Positions 1 through 12,600 of a stretch of 64,000 nt of DNA are shown piece by piece. The stretch spans positions 40,426,001 through 40,490,000 of the forward strand of contig CM119371.1 in the NCBI GenBank assembly GCA_051294905.1. The letters are read 5' to 3'. The DNA comes from Botryllus schlosseri. Its lineage: Eukaryota. Made by a program: the position numbers and the translations under genes. Below the pieces are notes generated by a model that ran no database searches, was not told where the DNA came from, and worked only from the letters and a program-made list of their open reading frames with translations. Numbering within the stretch: the stretch's first letter is position 1; every line of letters starts with the position of its first letter.

Positions 1-456
1 AGCTTCAATACAATTTTCAATACAATTTTCAACCGCCTCCCCGACACGAATAATCGTCATTATGATCGAATATTATTTCGTCTACGGTCAGGTCATTGCC
101 GCCTTAATTCCCATTTATTCAAGATTGGGTGTGCCGACTCCCCCTTGTGTTCCTTATGCTGCGTCCCGGACACTGTTTCACATTTGCTAATGGAATGTCG
201 TAAATTTGAATTTCATCGCCGATTTTTGATTGCTCATTGTGCCAATGAAAACGTTGCTTTCTCTGTACAAAATCTATTGACCCTCCATTGCCTAACTATA
301 CCAGTTATAGAATTTATTCTCTCCAGCGAATTATTTCTCTGATCTCTTTGTTTTTCTCCGATTGCCTCATTGAATGTATACTGAGCGTGGCGCAAATAAC
401 CATCATCGGTTGAAAGCGCCACTTCTTTCCATATTAATAATAATAATAATAATAAT
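1..456 (+). mobile_element. 3' end of an I-group (Nimb/I-like) non-LTR retrotransposon: ORF2 C-terminus, 3' UTR and (TAA)n tail
   Basis: Frame 1 is open from base 1 to the stop at 342. It reads ...LFRLRSGHCRLNSHLFKIGCADSPLCSLCCVPDTVSHLLMEC..., the RLRxGH plus CxxC..H...C zinc-knuckle typical of I-group ORF2 C-termini. A GGCGC...GCGCC hairpin follows (about 389-420), then a (TAA)n tail at about 435-456. Confidence 0.85.
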
Positions 457-926
457 TTAACGAATACATGCATGAACTCTTCACAATAATAACATAAACT
501 ACCGCGATTTAATCAAAACAGCACTACAGGAACAACAGCTAATCTGATCGTCGAGTCGATTAATGCGCCGTTGAGCAGTGAAGTCACTGCATGCCAACCA
601 GATTTATGCTAGATAATAACATACTATGGCAGGCGACGTGTTTACCATAGAGCACATTTGGTTTCCAACCGACACGAATTTCTTTCCAAGATAGGTCAAA
701 GCATTCGACAAACATTCAAGTGGAAGCAAAAGACGACAACTCTGAAAAATACTCATGTGTAAGTATGGTTGTTGTAGCAGTAATAGGAGGGTTAAATACG
801 TTTAACAGGTAATCGGAGGTGGCTACTTTCATAACTGCTAGATATATTAGTGACCAATGCTAAACGAAATAGGACACGACTAAAAACACCTCCTTTCTTT
901 GAAAATGTATTCAGGTACCGCGTATA

Positions 927-1215
927 GTTGTTGTTGTTGTTCGTGGTATTTATGGTGTTTGTCGACAGCTATGGTCATGGTCATCTACACCGGGCCAATT
1001 TTCGTCATTTTTGTACCGTAGACGCCGATTTGTAGTACTGCGAACTTCTAGGCTTTTATACGACGCATCTTAAAATGATGAGATGGCAAGGAGGAGTCTA
1101 TAACCTCCAGCACTTAGGTGGGAATTCTGGAGTCGAACTAGGTCCGACCCTAACCAGCAACCCATTGATGTTGCAGCTGTTGATTTTACTACTACGCTAT
1201 CACGTCACCCATGTC
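927..1215 (-). mobile_element. tRNA-derived SINE, diverged copy of the 9417-9688 family
   Basis: The reverse complement aligns by eye with 9417-9688 (GATAGCGTAGT head, AAAGCCTAGAAGTT body, GACCATAG..GTCGACAAACACC end) and ends in (CAA)n. Confidence 0.6.
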
Positions 1216-1426
1216 ACCGATTTGCGGACAATAGGGTACTGTACGCAGTCGTCATGACACAAGCTGTCGTAAACGTGAGGGAAATATATTCTAAACCGCT
1301 TCCTACTGCACAAAAACAATGTCTCAAAAGAAAGTTGTGTTACTAGCTTACTACAAAAATATTAGTGGCATCCTTCACTCGGGGTTAGTCGTGAAGACGT
1401 GCCCTGGAAGTTAAAAAGTATCCTCC

Positions 1427-1742
1427 TGTTGTTGTTGTTGTCGTTGTTGATTATGTTTGTTTTACGATTACATTCGCCAAAATCCAAGATTCGTTTTAAT
1501 ACATTACAACGTTTAAACTCAATGTATGTTCAACATCTTCATTGCGTAAGTCAGCAAGTTCATTACGGTGGGAGCGATATTTTTCTTCCAACACGTGTTG
1601 TGTCTCTGATTGCGACATGTCAATAAATAATGGCTGACGCTCTCTACTTGGTTGAACAATTTGCTGAATCTGTTATTCCCAATTTGAACAGGTGAGCTGG
1701 TCTCGTCCGCAATGTCCGGTTTGTAGCCGGAACAAAATCGAT
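1427..1742 (-). mobile_element. Second, frameshifted 3' fragment of an I-group/Nimb-like LINE
   Basis: Minus-strand frames give LFRLQTGHCG / AHLFKLGITDSANCS / ESVSHYLLTC, the same motif series as 1-342. A (CAA)n tail lies at about 1427-1449. Confidence 0.65.
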
Positions 1743-3489
1743 TGATATTATTAATAATAATAATATTAATGGCACAGTGACGGTGGCGTTTATCGCCTTT
1801 TTCAGAGTTTGTGCACCACGACACGACTATTTGTAATGTTCCTATTTCTTTGCCTTGCGTAATCTTGAGGACAACTTTCGCTCTTTCTCTCATTCAGACG
1901 CCCGTCTCTCTCGCTCCCATGCGTCTCCATTGTGGTCTTTGCTGCCGACTCGTAGCACGACTAACTTTGCGTCTGGACATTTTAACGTACTATGCGGTAG
2001 TAGTGAGGTAGGCGATGAGGAGCCCAGAGAAACTTCCGGCAGAACCGTAACTCGAAACCACTTCCATTGGTGTCGTGAATGCAGTGAATAACCAACTGCG
2101 CCACTCGCTTCCCCAAAAATCGTTTCCCATCTTTTCGGCAGTCTATTCGTGTTTGCTCTGTGGTAAACGGTTGGAAAACATTTCCGACATTGTTGTATCC
2201 ACCTGGCTTTGACGATGTTTTGACCAAATTTTCTATTTTGAAGCTACTTCCATGAGTACGTTTGAAAGCTTTATTTTCTATTTCCACTTAAAGGGTATGT
2301 GTTGGGTATCGCTACTTCGACCTGTATTTTAGTGGAAATATACGTGGGAGCTTCGACTCCTACTTGAGTACCAATGAAGTCTACTTTAACCAGCCGTGGT
2401 TGGTCAGCAAGTATATGTTCTGCTTGAGTTATTCAAATTTACTTAAAGAATGTTATCAACAGGTTCTGTTCAATTACCACAATGCGATCTGAAACAGGTT
2501 GCATCTACTTATGGTAATATAGACATATACTTCGTCCTAAAACGCCTTAACGGGTACATAATAAAAGCTCGGAAAAAGTATGACACCATATACAAAACAC
2601 CCAGTTCCGCGAAAACAATATCTCGTGATGCAATCTCAAGAATCTGCGATCTTTTTTGCAAACAGTATAGACTCCGGAAACCTCCGATTTGAGATCATGA
2701 AAAATAACTCTCTTAATAAGGGGCGTGAAATCCCCGCCCATTTATACGAACAGCGATAAATCGTATATAACCCGAATATCTCCGGGCTCTGTGTAGATGA
2801 GAGTAGGCATAGCATGCCACGTATGAAGATAAGCGGATGTGCTTTGATTCAGAGGTGGTCAAAGTAGTCAGAATTTTTACACAAAACAGTAGTAGAATTC
2901 AGACTTGGACGATCACATAATTCTAGTTGTCTAATGGGACTAATCAAGGCGAAATGCCGGTTATATAATTCAAGTTTAATTCCTGAAATCTTTCAATGCT
3001 AACATTTTAACTATTTCGCGGTTTCCTAAAAATGCTACAGCAGAACTGTGCAGTGCAAAATGAACTAAGCTTGCTGCAAAGACGTACTCGTGCTCATAAA
3101 AATGGACTCTGATTGATATGAACTGAACTTATTGTTGTATTTCTCTCCAATCTTGGGTTGCGAATTCACAAGTTCGGATTCTAATCGAATTTGCTAAAGC
3201 TCAACATGCTAAAGCTGTTTAATTTCTGTGGAAATAAGGTCGTAACTTTACTATTCAAATGCAAGTAGAATTAGCTTGTAGACAAGACAAAGGTGCAAAG
3301 AGCGGAAGTAGGAAAGGAAATGTCCGAAAACTATTCAAAGAAGTAGGCCTAGTTTAAAAAATAGGTCTGGTCGAGAGATTGCATATTATTAGTTAGTTGC
3401 CCAGATGTGGCTATTCTCGAGATTACAGCATATATCTTCCGAACAAAAATAAATTCGCTGAGGACTCTTCAAATAGGCACGATCTTCAG

Positions 3490-4436
3490 CAGGGCCGTAA
3501 CAGCACTTCGTCAGTCCTCCCCCCCCCCCCAAATGTTGGTCTTGGGCCCCCCATATGGTTATAAACCGAACTTCTGGGGGCCTTGGTCCCCCATACCTCC
3601 CTCAAGCTGTTGACTGTTTACCGCTACTTGTCGTCTACATTGGGTGTCCGTTTAGTGAAACAGCTTTTATCGCCTAAACGCGAGAAAATTCTATAGTTCA
3701 TGACTGAATCGGTCAATATGATCGGGAATTGCATATATATCGCTATCAATTGTTATCCTCTCTTTGCTCACGTAATCTGATTTACCGGGAGAGTTGAGTG
3801 AGGTGTTTTTGATAAGGTAGGACCCCTCAATAAAACTTAAACATCTCCAGGTGTATACCCGTTGGCAGGAACGAAACAGCACTTCGTCAAGCCCCCCCCC
3901 CCCCCCCCAAGAAAAATAAAAAAATAAAAAATAAATTGAGTCTTGGGCTCCAATAGGGTGATAAACTGACTCCCCATCTCGTTGTTCGCTTTTGTCACGA
4001 AATTATAATTGTACTGTCTAGTGACCCAGCGCTAAGCTATACGTATTTAGTATTTATATAACGAAGTTTTCGGTCAGCATGAGGGCAGTCCTTGCCGGCC
4101 AAGGTTTTCTCGCTGCCGATCCGTCTGGCACACTTCTTGGAGTCGCAAGTTACATGGCCTAAAACTTTATGTGTTGGTGCGTCGTTACGCGGTAATGGCC
4201 AACGCCGACATGCCCATTTCTGAAAATCTTGCGTATTTTTTTGGGGGGGGGGAGGGTACCCAATAATCAATATAATTGACATCCCAAAATCGCGCGTAGA
4301 GCGAAAAAAATTGAAAAGGTTGCTTAAATTTTCAGAAAATACGCTATAATTTATGCTAATTCACGATATAGTTTTGGGCCCCTTGGAGCTCGCCCCTCCC
4401 AATTGGGGGGTTTAGGGTGCGGCTATAACGGCCCTA
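3490..4436. mobile_element. Non-autonomous hAT element, family A (CAGGGCCGTAAC termini)
   Basis: TIR CAGGGCCGT / ACGGCCCTA with a perfect 8-bp TSD ATCTTCAG (3482-3489, 4437-4444). Several related copies occur elsewhere in the window. Confidence 0.9.
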
Positions 4437-4836
4437 ATCTTCAGACATAAATGCGGTTACTGTATAAAACAGATATTTCGCGCGGTTCTGTCGATAATTT
4501 CACTCTCGAAAGTGATGGACGCATATCCGAAATAGACTTTAAACTTGTTAAAATTCTAATTGTAAAAAGTGAGCAGTAATGCCTATTTACTGTTCACGTC
4601 GAAGTGGGAGCAGTGTAATACACATAACCTCTTGAGTAAGTAGTGAGAGTAGTGCATTACACTCCGAAAAGCAAGAGGTTCTTAGTCACTTACTCACCTA
4701 GACCTTTAGTACTGCGTTACATTTGAAAAAAATAGCATTTTGACTGTTGTTTATGATTATGAGTTTCAGGTCAAATCAATTCTCTGCCATGTTTCAGATT
4801 TTTCACTGTATACTTCTGCACTCTGTACAGATCGAG

Positions 4837-4888
4837 ATGCGAAACCACGCGAGTTTGATTCTACTTTTAGTGGTAGTGTGCGATGTGG
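4837..4888 (+). CDS. C-type lectin gene, first coding exon (signal peptide)
   Basis: ATG at 4837 gives MRNHASLILLLVVVCDV, followed by a phase-1 donor G|GTGAGT. Confidence 0.7.
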
Positions 4889-4949
4889 GTGAGTGTGACG
4901 TATGAATTGGTCGCTGACGTGACCTACATCAATGTTTTTACAATTACAG

Positions 4950-4999
4950 TCGTGTGCAGAGCAAGTTCCGTTGAAGGGCAGCAAACGGGTCGTAGATTG
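4950..4999 (+). CDS. C-type lectin gene, second coding exon
   Basis: A 61-nt GT..AG intron (4889-4949) joins in frame to VVCRASSVEGQQTGRRL, ending at a phase-0 donor TTG|GTGAGT. Confidence 0.65.
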
Positions 5000-5595
5000 G
5001 TGAGTAAATTGCAGTCATTACGCATTTACCAACCGACATTAAATGCTCGTCCTTTCGTCGCCCGTGATACATTTCAGTACATCCCAAAATGCCATATACA
5101 CCGTACTAAACATGGGTCGTCAGATGTGAAGAAATGTTGTACTTGTTCGATGATATCAATTTGGTTTCGCACGTACTGAAGAATTTGATCAAGTGGTCAT
5201 GTTTCAGACAGCTTCCACTTCGGCTTGAGATAAGCAAAACTAGTAGAGTGGTTATGATTTAGACGACTTCGAAAATAGGCTACCCACTGATTAACTGCCA
5301 ACACTCTGCGAAACCGCGTTCAAATCTACTTCATGAAACAATACTTAGTTGAGGTGCTTTCGGGACGTCTTAGTAATCGCTACTTCTATATGTACTTGAG
5401 TAGATGTTCTCGACATTACTTGTAGTTCTACTCGAGTAGCAACTCAAGTAAAACTACTTCGTTCCTCTCTGGAAATTTACTGTTCGTTGAGCGGTTATAG
5501 CTAGAAATCAATGGTTATGATATTACTGACGTTATGACATTCGTGGTTTCCTGATTAATAATTATATAATTTCATGTTTTTCTTCATTACTCTAG

Positions 5596-5707
5596 TAAGT
5601 GGACTCAAAGTTGGTTAACAGCGGATACAGGGTGCGTACGCCTAATCGTCCACAGAGGTACTTCCAGACATCCTTGACAAATTACTGGATTTCTCTATGG
5701 CTCAGCA
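5596..5707 (+). CDS. C-type lectin gene, probable third exon (acceptor uncertain; the best acceptor puts TAA in frame)
   Basis: Polypyrimidine tract plus TAG acceptor at 5595 and donor CA|GTAAGT at 5708. Phases (0 in, 1 out) link the neighbouring exons. It reads (stop)VDSKLVNSGYRVRTPNRPQRYFQTSLTNYWISLWLS. Confidence 0.45.
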
Positions 5708-6673
5708 GTAAGTATGAACTGTATTATCAGAATATATCAGGGATCGGTAACCGATGACTGACACGCGTGTAATTTGCACAAGTGACCTGCGGGGGAATGT
5801 TGTTACATCCAAAATCAGTCACATTTTTCGAAACAGAAGTTTTCAAGTTACCGTTTTTGATGACCCAATACGCCAGTTTAGAGAATACCATAACTAATAT
5901 ATTCTACTTATGTTTTAATTTTATCGAAATTCCTGAAAGATAATCATGAGCGTGAAATCGGTGCGGTAAAACGCAACTGCGGTCCTCAGATTTCAGCTCA
6001 ATTGTTCGGATTTCTTGCCTGGTTCGAAAACTAGGAACGAAATCGAAATCTTGCATATACTACATACTACTGCATGCTGCGAATTAAGACTATTATACCC
6101 CTAATCCCTTTTTAAATCATGAAAACGTAACATCACTCTGTATAATGCAATCAATGTCACCACAAATATGCGCAATGTTTACAAGTGATTTAGATACCGT
6201 GTTACATGCAGGGACCATTTATCCTGTACTTTCTATGGCAATTTCTTCTATGAAGACGATACAATTTTGGGCTACCCCGAAATTGGTGTCTACTACGAAA
6301 ACGTTAGCAGTTTTGCCTGATAAACGGTATATTAGAGTAGGTGATACTATTGGAGATACAAAACTTCAATATGTAATTGAATAATATTATCGTATTGAAA
6401 AACAAACCGAATCTTTTTGGTTGAAACTCATTAGGGGTAACCGTCAGCAACAATCGGAGAATTGAATTGATAAGTGGAAGTGCAAGTAATCAAACCCTGT
6501 TGAGTAATGAGAAAATGTAAAGGCACGTTGTTAGCGACCAACCATATACAAATCCTTCGCACGCGCGAGTTGTTGATACTTAGATATTCAGCCAAAGTTT
6601 CCGACCCTTAGACTATAATTTCGGCATCGGACATCGGGATATATTCCAATATCCCTGAAATTATCCTTTTCAG

Positions 6674-6830
6674 ACCTATTGGAAAGCTCTTATGACTGGG
6701 TGGAGTACGAGGGTTGTCGCTATCGTGTCGGACCGAATGTAGCGACCGCAGAAGAAGCAATATCGGATTGTGCCAAAGTTAGCGATGGACACCTTGTTCA
6801 CATGAACATCAGAACTGCCGACGACCGCCT
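6674..6830 (+). CDS. C-type lectin domain, N-terminal half exon
   Basis: TTTTCAG acceptor and CT|GTGAGT donor. It encodes LLESSYDWVEYEGCRYRVGPNVATAEEAISDCAKVSDGHLVHM..., the CTLD W..Y.G.CY / A...C....GHL pattern, and is phase-compatible with the exon at 7941. Confidence 0.85.
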
Positions 6831-7940
6831 GTGAGTGTAATTAACTTCAAATTTCTAAAACAACAGAAGGCGTAAAGGTGTCAATGTCTACTGAGCTACA
6901 ACTAAAAGGACTGTACTTTCCAAGAGGTGTAAAAACTGCTTCAAGTTGACGTAGACTATGATAGGTCAGAAAAGTATTCGAGCAGGTCGTTTCAAAACCT
7001 ATATTCGGCCTGGGAACGACTCTCATTTTAGCAGTTAATCAGATTTGACTACATTCGAAATCGCAAGTGGCAATGTTTCGTGACTGCTGCATGAAGGATT
7101 GAAATATCATGGAGAACTATCCAAGCACATTCTGTGCCACTGTGTCCTCGGCAATACAAGTAACATGTGTGAGATAGTTGCTGCATGTCTTGAAATAGGT
7201 ACTTCGACTTATCGTTCAGAATCATCAATGATTATTATGACCAGCAGGTTAGTAACGACGTATTACTACTTTTGACAAGAACTCAAATTGTTTTCACCTT
7301 TGGTTTTCCTACTAAGGCTCCGCTTACCAGCAATACTCACTCCACCGGTCGTGCTTTACACTTCGTATACTTTTAATGTTTGAAATTGGGAAACAGTTTA
7401 AGGGTGATATTTGCATCAGTTTTTTCGCGTGAAATAGTCATGACGGTCGTCGAAATAGCCGGTAACTGAACTGACACGGTGACTAAATATATTCTTGAAA
7501 CTTGTATCTATTAGTAACTCCATCAGTTGTTCGGGTTGGTCGCGAAGTTGCACTTCGCAATTTCGTAAGAATATCCGCATCCGATTAACTGCTACTCGAC
7601 AACTGCTGACTTGAGTGCTTTTCAATCCTTTTTCAGCTCGAATTAGTTTTGACGTGTCTTGGAAATCGCCACCGCTACTTGTAATTGACTATAATTTACG
7701 ACGTTAGCTGTATACTTCCAGCTTAGTACAAAGTAGAAAGGCTGAATAGTTGTGAAGGCCAAGGCTCATGTGCTTGATGTCTGATTTCAACCACTACTTT
7801 TCTTATCTTTTCATTATATCACGAACTTGAAGTTATTTGGAAGGATGAAATTATTACCAATAAACGGAACTGAGCTGAACCCTTTCTGACAGTAACAGAT
7901 CACCATTCTTCCTTGTTTGAAATCGTTTTCGTGCTTTCAG

Positions 7941-8193
7941 TGTGCTTTTCCGTGATCTATTGGGTCTGTCTGAAAATGTTTGGATCGGATTAAAAGACAC
8001 CGACGGAATAGGGACCGCGAGTCCCGTTTGGCTCGACGAATCGCCTTACGTCACTGAAAGGATGACATTCGAGATCCCGCCGACAAGCAGGAAATTAAGC
8101 ATCGGCGCCGCCATTTCAATCTCGTACAGAAACATCATGTTTGCCCCGCCCGCATCGAGATACCACTACGTGTGTGAGGACTGCGCAGTTTGA
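7941..8193 (+). CDS. C-type lectin domain, last exon
   Basis: CTTTCAG acceptor. It contains the VWIGL motif, the W.D motif and terminal YVCE, with the stop at 8191-8193. Confidence 0.85.
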
Positions 8194-8617
8194 AAGCACA
8201 TAACATTGCAATTTGCGCATCTTTGACAATGTCGCATTATCGCATTTAAAACGTATTCCGACAATCCATGTCTTATTATATCAGTTGTATTATGCGGGCT
8301 CGCTCGAGTTTAACAATGACTCAGAAAGGCTATTGCTTTATCCAGTTTATGTTTTCCATTTACAGTACTGTGGCTGCTTTTTTGGCAGTCATGGTGTTAC
8401 GAACTGTAGTCATTTACACCGGGCTGATATTTCTGATTTTCATTACTGGTCCGTTGATTTGCAGCACACATACATGGACAACTAGATAATTATTAAGGTC
8501 CAGTTGGATTAATTAGAACAATATGCTGGTAATATAATCCTTATCTGATTTGGGAGGTGTATCTTTGCTTTGAATACCAATCACATTTCTGGTTTTACTG
8601 AAAATGTTACAGGATAA

Positions 8618-9132
8618 TAGGGCTGGGCAAAATCGAGTACCTGAGTGATTCGATTCAGAATCACGTATTATGCTTCGAGTCGAGTCGAGTATTCGAGTAT
8701 CACTCATTATGACGTCACAACATCATATAAGATGTTAAAATTCAAATATGTACCTTTTATGCCACCTCAAACAACATAACGCATGTTATCCATCACATTA
8801 AAGATACTTTGGTATTTTTCCAACCATAATGATTTCATTGCACTTCTTGACAATGTTGTGGATTGATCATGACTTCGGAGATGTGTTATTTCCAGTAACG
8901 TTCGTAGCTTTATACTATGACTCGTATGCTGCGACACGGCCAATCAAGGTTTTAATGCTTCCTCAGTGAAAATTAGTATCAAAACTATAACTCTCGTTAG
9001 TAAATTACCTTTCAGTTGCGAGGAGCGTATAACTTCAGTACTCGAAAAAATCATGTTTTTCTACTCGACTCGAATCATCAAAATTAATACTCGATTCAGA
9101 TTCGAGTACTCGAATCATTATGCCCAGCCCTA
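8618..9132. mobile_element. hAT MITE (TAGGGCTGGGCA termini)
   Basis: TIR TAGGGCTGGGCA / TGCCCAGCCCTA with a perfect 8-bp TSD CAGGATAA. An inverted sister copy lies at 60182-60645. Confidence 0.9.
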
Positions 9133-9416
9133 CAGGATAACTGTACAGCGCGAAATGAGTCAAGCTTTCTATACAGACGTTTGTTATTCTAATGCTTATG
9201 AGAGTGAACTCTGACTTCATTCAATGTCCAACTTTTCGTGAATTCAGTAATTCTAATTCAATACTTCACTTCTCGACTAATTTGAAACTGCGTAACTATA
9301 AATCTTATTCTGATCTAATTTGGAAAAGATTGAATTTTTTCTAGCTGCCCAAGTCTGCTATAGCAAGGCTCCATTTTCGTTTTAACGGTTTTTTGAGACA
9401 TTGCTTGTGCGCCATA

Positions 9417-9688
9417 GTGGCGAGATAGCGTAGTGGTATAATCCACAGCTGCAACACTAATAGATTGCGGATGTGAGTCCGACCACGGTCGATTCTAGAA
9501 CTCCTATCTAATTGCTGGAGGCTCAGCTAGGCTCCATCTCGCCATCTCATCCGTGTAAGCGGTGTCTTATGAAAGCCTAGAAGTTAACGGTGCTGCAATT
9601 CGTCAGCTACGGAATAAAAATCAAGATATCCCTGATGTAAACGACCATAGTAGTCGACAAACACCACGAATACCAAAACGAAAACACC
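9417..9688 (+). mobile_element. tRNA-derived SINE
   Basis: The 5' head has an A-box-like TAGCGTAGTGG and a degenerate B-box (GAGTCCGACC), followed by a body and an A/C-rich tail. A second copy lies at 927-1215 (-) and a possible fragment near 8380-8470. Confidence 0.6.
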
Positions 9689-12600
9689 GCTTTCACGGAT
9701 CACATTTATCACAGTAATTGACAGTACTTTTCTGTATTGTGTCTATCTCGGTCGTATGGACCGGGATTCTCACCACGAATCTTACAATAAAGGAAAGGCT
9801 TAGTCTGAAAGTAAAAGCAGTGCGGTACGTGTAGCATGGAGCCAGTTCTCGCGTTCTTCAGGGTTTGGGCAATTTGCCTTTGGTTAACTGCATTCCCGCC
9901 AGCAGTTGGTAAACAAAGGACGCCAACTGGCGGCACATGATATCCGTGCAAGTAAACATTTAAGTCACGATGCTCGAACATTCCACTGAATGAATACTGA
10001 TGTGCGTTCGAGATTATTGGATTGCCATCTGATATGTCCATTTAGCCTGCTGACACATTTCACTTCATTTCCATCCCTTGTACGTTTTGTGTTATTTTAT
10101 GTTTTTAGTTTTGATTCAGTGTACATTCCTCTTATATTATATACATGTTCCAGGCCAAGGTGGGTGTTTGATTGAAATACCATGGAATGACGTTTCGTCT
10201 TCTTCCTATCGATTCATTTATCGAAATCTCGTGGTATTTTGATACGGTTACGTTGTTACCAGGACGATTTTTGACATTTAAAAAAAAAGTCATAATTCCA
10301 TACTGCACAAGACTACGTGAGCATCGGTTCTTATATCGAGAAGCGCATGATGAAAAATGTGATGTACACAACATTGTTAGAACAAAGCAACACGGTTTGT
10401 CACCAGCAGCGTACTCACAACTTGAGTGTTGCCAGCTGACAACTGCTGCTGTTGAATGTTCTTTTTCCATTATCAGTTAGGACAGACACTTTCTACCCGA
10501 GAATGTCGGAAAGTATCTTACATTGTATTACTACAAATCTTAATTATTTCTACCATAATGCATGATGCAACTACTGGAATTATTCTTCATAGTTCCATAT
10601 TTTTTTAAATAAGGTTTTTTCATGCAAACATTTGTCAGTTTCTCGGTGAAAAAGTTTTTTTTTTCATGGCAAACTACTTCGTAAGAACAGCCAGTTCTAA
10701 CCAGAAATTAAGATAAGTAATACATTTATAACATTATGTGTAAAAACACCTACTGTACAAGTACTGTACATGCACGAGGGCAAAATGCTGTCAAAGTTAA
10801 GTTTTCCAAGGTAAAAAAGGTAAAAATTTAGATTTTATAGGTCAAAATCTTCCGTTCATAGGTCAAAATAATCGCCCTAAATATCACTAAACTGAACTGA
10901 CATATAGGCCTATACGAGTGTCCGATAGACTCGAAAAAAAACGATTCTAGTTTGACATATTAGCATATAAAGGCGTGATTCAGTTTTGACATTCTAATAA
11001 AGCTTTCGTGTTACCCTTGGAGAATGAAGATTTTTCGGCGTCGAAACTATAATGTACCTTCTCCGTCAGTCATGTATGTGCGATTTGGTCACGGTAGCGA
11101 CAAGGACTTTTTCTTTACGCACGTAACATTTATTTTGTCTAAAAACATGAATTGAACCCAACCAGACACGTGCGGCTTATGGGGTCTGACTGTACTGTAC
11201 ACATACATCTTTGTATATCTGTTAAACGATGATCGGCTCACGATGCGCTGATTGTGATAGGCGATTTCTGTCTCGTAGAATACATTTTGTAGTTAGATTT
11301 GAAGGCGCCAAAAGCTTCATAGATTTAGCTATCTCTTAGGCGAGTGTCGATTCACCACTTGTTATGTATCGCAATACGGTGATAAGATGGTGTCGGTTCC
11401 GTTGATACAATAGCTTCGGCCCGCTCGCCGAAGGTTTAAAATAGGCAGTGGGGAATATTACTGTAGGTAGTACGAACATAAGTCAAGATATGCAAATAAG
11501 TGTTGATGCTAGGAAAATTTTTATTTGCATAATACCGCGACATCAAGCAATATTTCCCTCATTCGAACGAATTCATCATAACCGATGTATAACAAAAGAT
11601 CCCAACCTTGAGCACAAACATTGCCGCGTTAGTATGCGTTGAAAGGCACATTAAGGAGAAATTACTCATTGGTAATAATATTTGTCCGATGTGATACGGA
11701 TAATCGGATCATCCGATATAAGATCCCGAGACTAATCACGGAGGTGCTCCAAGTGCAAGAAGCGATAAATCACTTCAAGTGCAGTAGAAAATGAAAAGTC
11801 GGAAAAGCACTCAAGATGCATATTCGCGATTAAACCTAAAGTGATAATGACCCTATCACTTCATTATAACATCTTTCTTTAAAATTTTTTGCATTTCAAC
11901 TGCGGGCCACTCTATGCATGGCGCTGGCCGTATAAAAAATCAACACTAAACGAGCATGCACCTTGACAATCTCAAAAAAAAGTCTTACTTGCTTTATTAC
12001 AAAAGTTTGCTCGAAATATCCAGCATACCGTTCTCAAATATTTAGTGACTCTCTGCTGTGAGCTTGACCCGCAATGACACAACATCACGAGCGAAATGCG
12101 TAGTCAGCGAATGATGCTTATCCATTTATCCAACTAATCAATGAGATTGATATCGTTTTCTGATGTAAAAAATACAGCAGGCGTACCGGGTCAATCTTGA
12201 CTTCATATTTTACTGTATCATTAAAGCCAAATCCGTGCCATTGAGGTGTTGGCTACTGTTGTATAACTTGTTAATGGGGTAATATTGGCAGCAAGTATAG
12301 AAACCCGTTTTACTCTCTGCTCAATCTCAATAGCAATACTCAGACGCTGAATACATTGTCCGGTCTGGCCTAGACCGTTAAGGATTAAGCTTATATTCCC
12401 TGGTAATTCCTCGTCGAAATTGTTGGCTAAGCGACGGAGGATATTGATTTTATGGGATTATTATATCCTTTGATTGCCTCAGTTGATACATTTAGCGACG
12501 TTTAAAACGCCAATATGTTCTTCAGCATTATGGCATAATGTGGCCCGAGTCATCGCTCGGTATCGTGTACAGTGTACACACTATGTCACATTAATATAGG

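Noticed and set aside
1790..2290. Coding-like minus-strand stretch
   Set aside because: Frames are interrupted by stops and show no recognisable motif, so the call is unsupported.
2850..5471. Single transposon capturing the first lectin exons (CAGAGGTGGTCAAAGTAG ... CTACTTCGTTCCTCTCTG)
   Set aside because: The flanks CTTTGATT and GAAATTTA are not a TSD. These are more likely ends of separate old copies.
9417..9500. tRNA gene
   Set aside because: There is no convincing cloverleaf, and the sequence continues into a body shared with a second dispersed copy, so it is a SINE head.
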